A stretch of DNA of 64,000 nucleotides from Antedon mediterranea (taxonomy: Eukaryota; Animalia; Echinodermata), in the NCBI RefSeq assembly GCF_964355755.1, contig NC_092672.1, forward strand, positions 28,588,437-28,652,436, read 5' to 3'. Positions 23,459 to 37,158 of the stretch are shown piece by piece (the first letter of the stretch is position 1; each line of letters starts with the position of its first letter). The translations under genes and the position numbers were made by a program. The notes below the pieces were generated by a model. That model saw nothing but the letters and a program-made list of their open reading frames with translations. It was not told the origin of the DNA and did not search any database.

Positions 23459-26400
23459 TTATTGCATTTCATGGAAATATTGGTATCCAATATTCTGTTT
23501 GTATTTACGTTGTCCAGGTGAGAGCTCCATCATGATGCTCTGCTTTGGAATTGGTTGTAGTAACACGCGTTCTTGTTCTTCGGGAAGAACGTACGTGTAC
23601 CGTTTAGCTTCAACACTATGACACGTTCCGTAGACCGAGTATACAAGTATTCCTGTGGAAAACCAATACAAGTAGGATGTTAAAAACATTTTTTAATTTC
23701 TAAGAATACACACTGGTTAATTTAACAGTACAGTAAATCGTTAAATGAAACTATCGTCTGTTAGACAATGGTAATTTGCATAATATACCAGATGTCACTA
23801 TCCGCTACATTGTTGTACGTATTGTAAATGCAGGTAGACAAGCCGGAGTATTCGTTAGCATTATTATTCGTTTGTAGTGTTTAAGTCTAACCGTCTTCGG
23901 TGTATGAGCTCATTTCCAAGTAGGACTACAGTGTAGGCCTGCAATGGTCCATGCCTGGCTCAGCAAGCTAGGTCTACAGAAAATGTATCGTTGCTATAGC
24001 TAGGCCTATTTTAGAACGGCGATAGGCTGTTATTCTCTGCCTGTCACATGGCTACTACTCATGAGCAATTCAAACAATTTCATTTTTATGTGAAATGTAT
24101 TGATAATAAGGCACAATGAATCCCAAGCATAAAACATTAATTAATCTTTTAACTTAACTTTAACTTTTTGTTTATATGGAACGCACCAAGCGCATAAATC
24201 ATAAAAAAAATCAAGAAACAGTAACGTGAACTTACCAATGAATAGCCATACTGAGAAGACTATCCAAGCTGGGCCATCAATAGAAAACAAAAGATAAATA
24301 TATCCAAATATCGAAATTAGTGGAATCCATGGAAAGAGGATTATTGGTGATGGCCAGTCAACTTTGACCTGAGGTTGCTTTGAGATCGTGACAGACGCAA
24401 TGATGGAAAACGTACAGGCCAGGATGAAGAATGTGAACGTTATTGTGTTAAATTGCGAAAGGTCTTTTATGTAATAATGCAGTATTGCTGCAATACATGA
24501 CATACAGAACATTATGGATATCAAACAAAAATGAACAAGAGTAAATGTGAATGGCGTAGGTTCTATGACCTGTTTTCTTCTCTTGTTCTCAAGGTGCGTT
24601 AAAGATGCTACTCTGAGCTTTTCTTTGTATTCCGCTACAATCTGATCAATATCGTCTGTTTCTCTCTCAGATTCGCTCGACTCCTCACTCAACTCGGTAT
24701 CCGTATAGTGTACGGTTTGTTCACAATTACCAATTGATTTTAATTTCGCAAACATTACGTTATTGTTTTCTACGCTATTCTCCACGTTGATAACGGATCC
24801 ATTACCTGTCATGTTACTAGAAACAGGTTCTTCAATGACGTCATCATGTTCTGTATTACTGTCTTCATGTTGCCATGAATCGTCATTATCAGTTTGGATC
24901 GGTCTATACCGCATTAAAATATCACTTACACAAACTAGTAAATACGTAAAAAGCGTTCCGATTGCACTTATTTGTAACAGTTTAAACTGAGAGAGTATTG
25001 TTGCTAAACAGCCGGTAACTAAACCAACAACCAACGCACTTGAAAGTGGCGTATCGGTTCGCCGATTCAATGTACCAAATGCACGTGGTATGATACCTTC
25101 GGTTGACATCGAATAAAACGAATGAACCACGATAAACAAATTGGTTGCCATTAGAACGCCAAGCGCGGGTAATGATAATAAATTCAATACCACTTTAAAC
25201 CACTGTTGTCCGTCGAATCCCTGGCTACTAAACGGACAATCGTTATTCATATTGTCTGAAGATACTACAAAGAGCATGAATGTGGCAGCTAGAGTAAAGG
25301 CAACGAAGTTAAACAGAGAGCTTGCCATTATTGACGTCACTTGTTTTTGGAGCATGTGACTATATGGATTCCGTGTAAATGTTGTTATTGCTTCGTACCC
25401 AGTGAACAGATAGAAACAAACAGCAGCTCCTTGCGATACCTGAAAGAGAAAGAACCGGTAAGCATCTTTTATCGTTTTATTATAAGTAGTACCGCAGTAA
25501 TTAATAAGGACGTAGGTTGGTTTGGGAATACGAAGGTACACATATTAGGGAGATGAAACTAAAGTTTTAGGAAATTGGAGCTTGGAAAACATATGTGAGG
25601 CAACTGCGCCCCTTACGTTAAGTTTTAAGTATAGTACTCGCTTTTTTGTTAGTTTGCACGATATCTAAGTTATCGAATGTTAGAACATGCCTTTTAATTT
25701 TCTGGAAAATCGGTTTATTGACTTCACAAATAAGATCAGAAAAATCTTTATGTTTTTAACCTGTGCCGAAATATCAACATGCACCCTTTGTTGACAATAT
25801 TTTGTGAAGTACTTCTTTACTCTGAGTGTTCTCATTCGTTTGTTAGTTGCATGCGAGGATATTTGGCACAGCATTTAGTTAATTATACTTAAAGTATTTA
25901 ATTTCTTCGGGATCCAACAATGTCCCCTAAAAATAATATCATTGAATATGGATTGGCCTTAAAATACATTTTGCCTCCCGACAAGTTCAGTGAAAAGTTT
26001 AAAGAGGTTTTCTAGTCTTGTGTCCTAAATGAGGTTGTACTTTACCTATATTTAGGCTTGTTTATAATATACTAGTAATAATAGATTGTTTTGTTACATA
26101 CCCCCTCTGTTCCATGGTAAAAGAAAGGCACTCCTTTGGAATAGTTGTCACCGTCGCCTTTTATAAATCCCACTGTCACAATCAAGAATAATGCAATCAA
26201 CGCTGTGACGTCAGTCGCATAATGGGACACATTATTACGCTTCGCTCCTACGGCTACGTAACCTATGACCGCCATTACTATGGCAAGAGCAAAACAGTTT
26301 ATATAGTCCTCATCCGAAATTACTGGAAATACTGCAGTAAAAAATTCACGTAATTTTCCTCCTATAATACAATCAAAATGTTCGGCTAGTGCGCGTGCTG

Positions 26401-28305
26401 ATAATGCTGAGATGGTCATGTGACCAAGTAGAAAACTCCACCCGACAAGCACAGCTATGAATTCCCCGCCTCTGACATACGTGAAGAAAAATGGCGATCC
26501 CTGAATGGACGGAACGCTATTCACTACATCTGCGAAACAAACTCCTATTTTAAAAATAAAATATAACAAATATAGATATTTTTGTTTTAGTTTTATAATA
26601 ATTTCCCCAAACTATATACATATCAAATATTGTAGAATTTAGATAACGCATAATGATTAGTATCAACCAACCTACACCTACTTATAATCTGTTAACATTG
26701 GCTCGCGTGTAACACGCGAGTAAAATATTAGAGCGACACATTGAGTCTATATACACAGTACATATACTATATCGAGTACACTCGAGAATGGTAGCCTACG
26801 AATTTCTGAAAAGAAATCAGGATTTTATGTATCACAAATTATGGTAAATGATTTTCAATTTATAAAAATTATCGTACACGAATATTACACGCGAGGGAAT
26901 GGTAAACGCTGTTTGTACAGATACCGCCACTTATTTATTATTACATACAATAAAATCCTCTATTTATGGACGTGAATAATAGTACACATGTGTATTGATG
27001 TGTTATTATTATACAGTATTGATTTTAGCACATTGGATCTGGTTAACACAGTCCAGACGCGGTCCTAAAAAACCGTGACGCCACGAAAGGCATTGTCAAG
27101 CGCCAACTTGTTAATCTAGAATTCAATCCAGGAGCTCGTAGGATGCGTTATAGTGGGCGTGGCTCAACCTTGACATTGTCTATTTTTATTATTAATATTA
27201 CTAAAAGAAAATCGTTCAACCGTATCGTGTAAAATCCAACAAGAGGCGCACCGCAGTAATAGAAAGCACAACATCCAAAGCATACCAAGCAGAAAACTCC
27301 GTGTTCCAATCTCGGTTGGCGCGGCTTTTTTGTTCTCGCAAATTTCGTCATCTTAACCGTTAAAAAAAATTAATTTCCAGATATCACTGGTCGGGTTAGA
27401 GTTTCGCTAAGCCTGTAATTTACATGGCTCTATATGAAATACCAGGAAATTGCAACACACTCCCTTTCCTGGCTGGGTTCGGCGTAAAACTACACACAGG
27501 CCTAATGGAGGAAGTTACCCGACACTTAGGCCTAATGTAAATTGTCCAGGATTACTTTGCTTTTTGTTTTGCTTATTTACACAATGGGGAATAAACACGA
27601 TAAACTAAAATCAGGAGTGAGGTTTAATTGTATCCAAGAAAACTTATATTGTTTTTTTCCGTCAATTTGTGACGTCAGGCTAAACCGTTTTTATGACCCT
27701 AATGACCCTAATGAAACTACTATATAAAAGTAATAATTGATTAGCAATTACAAGTTGATGAGAAATATAATACCAAACATTGCGGGAAAAGATTGAATTG
27801 TCATTGGTTGAAATTAATATTTTATTTCTTATTTCTTATTTTCTTCAAAAACATGCCAAAGCGAAAAATTATTTAACACTAAGTCATGTAAAAGGCAAAA
27901 TTTTAATTATAAAAAAATTATTAATTAAATTTGGTTTTCTTTGTTTTGAGTACTAAGTAGAGACCAAAAGGCTCACTAAACCCCAAAAATTGTCTTGGCA
28001 CCAATCGATATAAATTATGTAATCTAACCTGTAAAAACTGCTAAAATCAACGCAATGGCTACAGCAACCACTATCGAGGGTCCGGTTAGCTTCGAAGTAA
28101 CTTGCCCAACCACTATGAATATTCCGAGGCCTAACCCCCTGCCACACCCAATACGGACCAGCTGCAGAGTGCTTGGTCCTGCCTCAGAAGAAGTAGTGTC
28201 ATTCTCTTGCTGCCTAGACGTATAATGTCGATATCTCCTGGTCCTTCCAAGGACATGTAACACTTTACTACACGTCACACAGAAACAACTTATTATATCA
28301 CTCAT
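23459..28305 (-). CDS. Highly divergent CAT/SLC7-family membrane protein (gene 3); coding exons 28305-28029, 26544-26102, 25439-24236, 23652-23459
   Basis: Four ORF segments join in phase at GT-AG sites. Recognisable GPSIVV, GEFIAVLVGW, IGTL..Y.LV, RY.P, PWIPLISI, W..F..W, YG..HS. Confidence 0.85.
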
Positions 28306-29021
28306 TTTAAAATGTTTTTTTGATGTACCAGGTGAATCGACATTAGGCTAATCAATGTAAAGTCAAACTGATAAATGTAAAACATTACATGAGATATGAG
28401 TCCCGACTACAACAACACCGCACGTAGGACAGCATCGTGGTGTCTAACCAACTGTTTATATTCAACAAGTAAGTGCATGTGAAAATGTCAGCGCACCATA
28501 TGTGATGTAATTATCAATATCGTTTAAACGAGTTATTAGCGGCTGTCGATAACAACCGTTCGTGTAAACAAAGAGATTTGCAAATAGCAATAATTGAATT
28601 CTATTGTATTGTTATGAATATCCGATATTTATAGTTGCTAATTTTGGATTCGATTGGTAAACAAAAGAACGTAAAGCATATTCTAATGGAATTAGGTTAA
28701 CTTTTTTCGATGGGGTGTTAACTGTACAGGTTGGTACGATTAACAATCCAGTGAGAAAACAATATAACGTTAAACTGACTGTTGATAATCGATTCGATTT
28801 TCAATCACTGCTCCTCGCTCCTCAATGTTTCTGATTCTTTTTTTTTAATCCACTAGCTCACTATTATAGCACTAAACTAGAAAGCCACTCGAGAGTGCAT
28901 ACCTCCGCCTACTGTAAAATTCTCCTACATAAGATTTCTCCGAAAAAAAAATATTTGTGTGTGTCTTAATGCTGTTTCTGATTTAGGCTAATTTCACTAC
29001 AAGCATGTGTGTGCGAGTTTG

Positions 29022-30262
29022 TAGCCTGGGTGCAGTACAAATTTTGCGGGAAAAAAGTATAGGAAAATTTTTTTCTTCTTTTTCTTATAGAGTATACCAT
29101 AGAATGTAAGAAAAAAAATCCCCATCCCAGGGTCTTGGGGAAAATTTTTTACAGCACTTTTAAATTTTGGCCTATATAACACACACAAAGCAGCCTATTA
29201 ACACACACAAATACCTATATTATAGGGGATAGGGAAAACCAATTCACGTTTTTTTTTACTTGGAGTTGTATTATGATGATTAAAATTTGCCGAGGCTTAC
29301 TTTAATAACTACTTCTCATAGTAGTTGATACATCGAGTCGATAACAATGACATCATCATGCCAGAATCCAATATGGCGTCCAATTTGGCGGAAAAAACAG
29401 GGTATTGCTAAACCCCCATGCAAACCCTTGCAAACCTCCAAAAAACATAGCAAACCCCACCGAACCAACATAAAAGTGATTGAATGTAGTTTACGATCCA
29501 CTGGGTATATCCATGTAAAAAAAAAATGAAATTTTTTATTGTTAACTACTTATTTTTGGGGTAAAACATCATTTTTTGATCCAAAATGATTGCTAAACCC
29601 TGCAAACCTCCAAAAAAACATAGCAAACCCCACCGAACCAACATAATGAAAGTGATTGAATCATGTAGTGTACGACCCACTGGGTATATCCATGTAAAAA
29701 AATAAAACTTCTACTGTTAACTACTTATTTTTGGGGTAAAACATCATTTGTTGATAAAAAATGATTGCTAATTTTTAACCAACAAATGATGTTTTACCCC
29801 AACAATAAGTAGTTAACAGTAGACATTTTTTTTTACATGGACATACCCAGTGGGTCGTACACTCCATGATTCAATCACTTTTATGTTGGTTCGGTGGGGT
29901 TTTCTATGTTTTTTTGGAGGTTTCCAGGGGTTTGCGGGGGTTTAGCAATACCTTGTTTTTCCCGCCAAATTGGACGCCATATTGGATTCTGGCATGATGA
30001 TGTCATCGTATCGACTTGATTCATCAACTACTATGAGAAGTAGTTATTAAAGTAAGCCTCTACTAATTTTAATCATTAAAACACAACTGCAAGTAACAAA
30101 AACTGTTAATTGATTTTCCCTATCCCCTAATATATAGGTATGTGTGTGTTATTAGGAATTTGTGTGTGTTATATAGGCCAAAATTTAAAAGTGCCATAAA
30201 AAAAAAATTTTCTATACTTTTTTCCCGCAAATGTGTATAATAATTGTTCTGCACCCAGGCTA
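29022..30262. mobile_element. Foldback (near-palindromic) non-autonomous DNA transposon, TAG...CTA termini, 3-bp TSD (Academ-like)
   Basis: tagcctgggtgcag ... ctgcacccaggcta; arms of ~500 bp meet near 29765. TSD ttg. Empty site gagtttggtgta at ~30807. Confidence 0.85.
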
Positions 30263-30819
30263 TTGGTGTAACGGTTATGTAACAAGCCTTTCAACAATTA
30301 ACACTAGCTTCAGTTGACTTAACAATAGAGCAGCAACGCGAAAGTCAAACGAGTGAATTTGAAAAGAAATAGGTTTCTTAAGCTACTCGCATAAAAAAAC
30401 GTGCACATTAAATCAATTATGTTTTACAATTACAAATCAGAAATTATAACTATTGCCTCTTGTACAAAAATGAAGTTTTTTGGACAAGTAGTTCTCGAGA
30501 AAATGCAATTACAGTTTACTTGTTACTTTAAGACTGCTCGCCGTGGTCCGAATTGGTCCCAAAATTTATTTGAATGGTCCTTGACCACATATCTATCTGT
30601 ACATTCATTTTGGTAAAGATTTTATTTACTTTTTGAGTAATCCTGCTAACAAACAAAACAGACAAACAGACAAACAAACAGACTATCCTTCGCGCATAGT
30701 GCGATACTGGGCCAAATCAAAATTGGCTTCCTGACCTTGACCCGATTTTCACCAAAAGTGTGTTGCTCTGTGATTTAGGCTAATTTCACTACAATCATGT
30801 GTATACGAGTTTGGTGTAC

Positions 30820-30858
30820 CATGGAGGAAAAAATAATAATTTTAGTTTTTCCTCAATG
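30820..30858. mobile_element. 39-bp palindrome with perfect 7-bp TSD (putative excision footprint)
   Basis: ggtgtac-catggaggaaaaa..tttttcctcaatg-ggtgtac; empty paralogous site at 30263-30283. Confidence 0.78.
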
Positions 30859-31385
30859 GGTGTACAGGTTATGTAACCAGCCTTTCAACTAATAATATAT
30901 TCAGTCGACTAACAATAGAACAGCAACGTGAAAAAACACACGGGTGAATTTGAAAAGAAATACTCGCATTAAAAAACCTGTATATTAAATTTAATTAAAA
31001 TTCTGTCCTATCTTTTAACACTAGCAGGTCTGTAAATAATTCTAAAAAGTGGTCCAGAATTGGGACCATGGTCCGGATCTCAACCAAAATTGGGCAGTGT
31101 CGTCCAGGAGACATGTATGGTAGTAATTAGGAGTCATTCGAATCAAAATTGTGAGCACTAGAGTAATGACAAACAAACAAACACACACACACAAACCGCA
31201 CCAATCAACATACTTGGCCAATTTTCAATTTGGCCAAGTAACAAACACACGCGATCGATTACATATACCTCCTTGGCGGAGGTAGGTAAACAACAAAATA
31301 GCGAAACAAAACAAAGATTTGCAAATAGAAATAATTGAATTATATTGTATTGTCATGAATATCCGATATAATTTTATAGTTGCTA

Positions 31386-31497
31386 GTTTTCAGTCGCGTG
31401 CAAACGCAACTCTATATCTCACTATGTCGGTCGGTTGGTCGGTCGGTCGGTAAACACTATTTCAGCACGCAGCTGTAGCCATACATATGGCCTTGTT
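31386..31497 (+). mobile_element. Short DINE-1/HINE-like element with (GTCG)n
   Basis: gtcgcgtgc..atgtcggtcgg(tcgg)n taaacacta..atatggccttgtt; inverted copy at 38376-38496. Confidence 0.7.
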
Positions 31498-32234
31498 AAA
31501 AATAAACAACACATATACTATCGATATCAAACCACGAGCGAATTTAAATACACGTCACATTATTGCATTTAATATACAACATATGGTTCATCATTTGAAA
31601 AAATTGTACTTGAAAAATTAATAATGCATACTGTAGGTATGCCTTCAATATTGAAATAGATATTAAAAAATAACAATTATTATGTTATAAACATTGTAGA
31701 CATTTTATTGTCACATCCGAAGGCCTAGATTGTAAAATGAAAAAAACTTCTTAAATAAAATTGAGTAGGCCTATAGCCCCAATTTTTTTCCTGATTTTGC
31801 GGGTCCTCCTAAATACCAACACCAAGCCCTACCAAGCCATATCAATTATAACCAAGCCCCACCAGTATAAAGTGTAAATTATACAAATTAGATTTTATTT
31901 AGATTGTTAATTGCATTATCAAATCATACGTTTAAGGCGATTTTGACGTAATAAAGCGTCAATAATGCGTGTATTGCGTCAACTAGTATGTTTGCATTGA
32001 CATATGACTGCAAATACAATGTTGATTTTGCTGGTTATAATATTACACGTATATGATATCTTATTTACTTTTAGTATAATAATGACATGGCACATCCATC
32101 CTACGGCTTTATGTATCCCAATGGGCCTTCTTATTGCTAGTAAAGTATAATTTGTATTGCAAAATTCGGGCACTTTATTATAGAATTTACCTTGGAAGTT
32201 TGTAGAAAATCCTTCTTTTCAAAACACCCTACTT

Positions 32235-32515
32235 AGGGGACGCATTTATTGATGAGACACACCTCTATTGAGGGGACGCCTCTATTGAGGGAACGCCTTT
32301 ATTGAGGAGACGCCTGTATTGAGGGGACGCCGCTATTGAGGGGACGCCACTATTGAGGGGACGCCTCTATTGAGAGGACGCCTCTATTGAGGGGACGCAT
32401 TTATTGAGGAGACACCTCTATTGAGGAGACACCTCTATTGAGGGGACACCTCTTTTGAGGGGACGCATTTATTGAGGGGACACCTCTATTGAGGAGACAC
32501 ACACCTCTATTGAGT
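32235..32515. repeat. ~19-bp minisatellite (gaggggacgcctctatt), likely internal to a MITE
   Basis: About 14 degenerate units visible. Confidence 0.85.
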
Positions 32516-32715
32516 TGAGATTTTTCTGTGAAGTGAACGGGAGACAATATAATACATTTGTCACCACGACCCACACACTCTTCAGGAGACACTCCTCAAG
32601 AGGACAATTGTCATGATATGTTCACTATATTTCACTTTATATAATACTATTACAACTGAATCCCAAGGAATTTATTATAAAAAATATTTAAATAATAATT
32701 TAATTCATATGGAAT

Positions 32716-35700
32716 TCAACTTGTTTGTAGATATACTGTACTGCAATTGGGATCAGGTAAATCTTTGTGAAATATTACGTATCCAGATCTTGCTTCACTT
32801 TTACTGTTTTCCGTACTGTGTGATATACCATAACATATGTATATCACTAATCCTGAAAAAAATTTATTAAAAACAATCATATTAATTTATTTGTTGAAAT
32901 CCATGTGAAACAATAGGTGTCGATGACGTCGTGAAGACTAAATTGCAATGAGAAACAGTATTTGGAAAAACGGAGAAAACCGCGTTCATTTCGGAAATTA
33001 ACGAGTGTGGTACTTCCGTTCCCGACACGTTTTTAATATGCGTGTTTGGTTTATTTTATTTAATTAACGAGGTTTGAACCCTGAATAACAAAGAGAAACG
33101 ATATTGTGAAACGGAAGAAAACCCCGTTTATTCGGAAATCAACGAGTACGGTAACAACGTAGTATGTGGGTGTTTATGGTTTATTTGAGTTATAATTAAT
33201 AATTGACAATGATTGATTTATTGTATTACCAATGGCAGTCCAAATGAGCAGACGAAGCCAGGCGAAAGCTTTAAGATTCACCATAAGTAACAGCTCTAGT
33301 GCGATAACAATTCCTGGCAAATATGGCATACAAGGAACCTATGGAAAAAATACATTACTATTATCGTCGTATATATTCATACATCATCATTATTACCATT
33401 AACATCATTATTACCTCTATTCATCATTACGTCAAGAAAATTAATATTTTCTTTATTATTGTTTATTTATTGTCATCTTCATCATCAATATACTTTTAGC
33501 AAGATTGCCATCTTTATCAATGTTGTCTTTAAGATTGTCATTATCTTCGTCAAGACTGTCATTATCTTCGTCAAGTTTGTCATCATCAATATTATTGTCA
33601 TCATCATGGCCATCAAGATTGTCATCGCCATAAGATTGTCGTCACCATCAAGAATGTCATCGTAATCAAGATTTGTCACCATCATGAAGATTGTCATAAT
33701 CATCAAGATTGTCACCATAATCAAGATTGTCACCATAATCAAAATTTTCACCATCATCAAAATTGTCACCATCATCAAGATTGTCACCATCATCAATATT
33801 GTCACCATAATCAAGATTGTCGCCATAATCAAGATTGTCACCATCATCAAGATTGTCACAATTATCAGTATTGTCACAATCATCAAGATTTTCATCATAA
33901 TCAAGATTGTCACCATCAATATTGTCACAATCATCAAGATTTTCACCATAATCAAGATTGTCACCATCATGAAGATTGCCATTTTCATCAAGATTGTCAC
34001 CATCATCAAAATTGCCATTTTCATCAAGATTGTCACCATCATCAAAATTGTCACCATCATTAAGATTGTCACCATCATCAAGATTGTCACCATCATCAAG
34101 ATTGTCACCATCATCAAGACTGTCACCATCATCATACAGAAAAAATATTATGTCTCATATTTTATTAATAGGTGGCATTTAATTAGTTTACCTTAAACTT
34201 CCGTTTATTTGTTTCCCCTTTGACACGAGCGACGGATAAGAAACAACGCATTCCTATCAAAAAGACGACACCACCAACGGCAACCATACTCCAAAATAAA
34301 ATCGGATACTTCTCTTTAGACGGTAAATTAATAACTATTGCAGCAGCTGCAGAAATAAATACAACATATAACAACAACCATGCTTGTATAGGCGTTGTTT
34401 CTAATATATACTTCCAGCCATTTTCTGGTATAGTTTTTAGGTCTGTTCCTCTAACATCATCATCATCATCTTCGAGATTTTGAAGGAATTCTGGTTCGCT
34501 TGTGACCGAATCAGTTTCTGAATGTGTCCGGATTCTCAATCCTCTTTGATATGAGATTGTTGTTCGTTTTAATGGAAGTGTCTCCTCCAGTTGTCCTGTG
34601 GCTAAATCTAGTTTTTCACTTCTTAAAACAATAACGGAACACACTACAGCGACATGGGCTAGGAAAATACCGATAGAGAGCAGCTCGATGAGGATATCAA
34701 AGCGTATAAAAATTGCCAATAGTGCCGGGATTATACCAAACGAAGCAATAGTTACTAATGGCGTTCCAGTTCGTTGACTAATAGTTGCTAAGAATGTGAA
34801 GAGTAGACCGTGACGTGCCATCGATAAAGCAATTCGTGGCATTGTGAACAGATGAGCTACAACCAAAGCTGATATTCCTGTCAATACACATATCAGCAAA
34901 CTATACGCTACATACACATTGTTTAAAGTTTCGAATGCTTCGAAGTATGACCAGGCAGGATCTATGTCAAAGTATGGCCGGAGTAACGTCAGTGAAAGGC
35001 ATGAAACAACTGCCGTTAGTATAGTCACTGACATACTGACAAGTGTCGCTATTGGTACGCTCCTTGATGGATTTTCTGTTTCTTCAACTGCAATGGACAA
35101 CGCGTCAAAACCACTGAACGAGTAAAAACAAAACCCGCTTCCAGATAAAACTCCAGCCATACCGTATGCAAAAAATCCATCGGGTAGGGTTAGGTTGTCT
35201 ACTGTACCTTTTTCAATACCAATGACAGATATAGCCACTACAACCAAAATATTTACAACGGCGAAAAGTACATTTAACCGCAATGTGGCCTTTGGTCCTA
35301 TTGCTGTTAACATAGATGCAAGTAAACATACAATTCCTGCTACGATATCAGGGTATGGCAGAAAAATATCAGATGTCCATGGCTTGCCACCTAAAAGATA
35401 CTCAACTGTATAATTGCCTATTTTGGAGTCCATTATTTCGTTAAGATAGGCGCTCCATGACGACGCCGCGCACGCAGCACCGATTAAACATTCCAATATA
35501 AGATTCCATCCTACGAGAAAGGCAGGGAATTCACCCAATGCCACGTACACGTAATAATACGCTGACCCAGAGACTTGAAGAAGAGCAGCTAACTCAGCAT
35601 AACATAGAGCCGAGAAAAACGCAATAGTTCCCGCTATGAGGTACGAAACTATAGCTGATGGTCCGGCGTAGGTTCGGATAACTTCTCCAGTAACAATATA

Positions 35701-35850
35701 CAAACCGGCCCCTAACATATTTCCAGTACCGAATATAACCAAGTCTAAGGTAGTCAGGCATCGTTTTAGTCGTTGAGTGGCGTGTGCCGGTTGTAATTCT
35801 TTTTTACGCCGAAAGAACTTTTGGTAATACACTGCTGCGCTATACTCCAT
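32716..35850 (-). CDS. Cationic amino acid transporter family, SLC7A4-type architecture (gene 4); coding exons 35850-34192, 33338-33230, 32852-32716
   Basis: LKRCLTTLDL..GNMLGAGLY, CYAEL, GWNLILEC, SGFDA..EE, SIG. FK|VP intron and 109-bp exon (VPCMPYLP..WLRLLIWTAIG) as in genes 1 and 2. TGA at 32718-32716. Start is 35850 if the 76-bp intron 35931-35856 is real, otherwise 35877. Confidence 0.9.
33490..34135. repeat. 18-bp minisatellite (caagattgtcaccatcat) in an intron of gene 4
   Basis: Directly visible; explains the low-complexity ORFs at 33459-34196. Confidence 0.93.
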
Positions 35851-37008
35851 AATTGCTGACGTTTTAAAAGCAATCATTAATTTGGTTCAACCATTAGCAA
35901 AGATTCCAGACAAACTTGTGTCCATACTTACTCGTCAAAAAAGATTTGCAGTTTTTAAAATAGCATGCGTTTAAAGTATTTCTATTATCTAACTATTGTC
36001 CGTTGGTTGACTTTGTAATCAACCAAGCAGAAAGGTAACAACAGTTTAAAAATGTCAAGACGTGACCACAATGGGACGGATTACTGTCGCTATTGAATTT
36101 ACTCATAGCGGTTCTGCTCTGATTTGTTTAATAAAAGAGGTACTTGAGCCATGTCAATAGCATTCGGAAATTCACTTAAAATATTAATGATTAAAAGCAG
36201 TTTTGCTATTAAAAGAATTTAATCACCAAAGCTTATATAACGCCCTCTCTTGATTTACTGATAAAATGTTTCACTCGCGAGTTATATACGATTATTATTC
36301 GTGCAAAAACACACGAGAACAAAAATAACATGAACCTAAAAATAATATTTTACTTGTCAATTCTGTATTAATAGCTGTTGAGTCTAACAGTAATTCATAG
36401 TTTCGGTTGGTGACTTTTTGCCCGACATTCAAGTATTCGATTTTTAAAAAAAAGTCGTATTTTAAATATGAGACTATAGCTACCTGGTTAGAATAGTTCG
36501 TTTCAATCCAATTCAATGTTTCGACGATACAATTTGTGTTTCTTATTTTGTCATCTTATTATTGATTTGACAATATGATATAAGGTTTATGATTATTATT
36601 CATAATGGCATTTTGAAAGAATTTGTATTTATATCGATTTCATAATATAGTTGTGATTTTCGCTGTATGAATTTTGAATGTATCAATTTAATATTACTCT
36701 ACACTCCCACGCATCACAAATTCAGATATGAGAAATTCAAGTTATTTTATGTATTCACAGTCACCTATATATTCGAACATCAATATTCTAGTTACATATA
36801 TTATTTCTTTTTTATATAGTGGAAAATGTGACCAAAATAATTGGTTTCTGATTGTCCCTATCACGGAGCTAACCTTTTATTACGAAGGTCGTGGAATTTA
36901 CACTACTAATTTGTTGTAAACCTTTTGTCAATATCAGAGTCAACGATTTTCCATACTCCTCTGATAACGAACGACAAATTCGTGATCGTCCTGTATAAAC
37001 ATGTCTTA

Positions 37009-37158
37009 AGCTCTGTCTACACTATCCAACTAGTTTGACAAAAGAAATGTGATGTGCTCTATATGGTAGTGATATGCCCAAATATGGTAGTGATATAACA
37101 CCATCATGGCCACATCACATTTTTTTGTCACATAAAGTTTGATATTTTGGACAGAGCT
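37009..37158. mobile_element. PIF/Harbinger-like MITE, TTA TSD
   Basis: tta-agctctgtc...gacagagct-tta; second copy at 44925-45040. Confidence 0.85.

Larger units (their letters stand above)
28874..31284. mobile_element. Helentron/DINE-1-like non-autonomous element (HINE) with internal tandem unit, carrying a nested foldback element
   Basis: Begins aaactagaaagccactc..catacctccgcc and ends with (acaa/ac)n microsatellite and hairpin atacctccttggcggaggta. Internal duplication: 28975-29021 plus 30263-30420 vs 30768-30990. Confidence 0.65.

Noticed and set aside
33459-34196. Low-complexity ORFs on both strands
   Set aside because: Products of the intronic 18-bp minisatellite.
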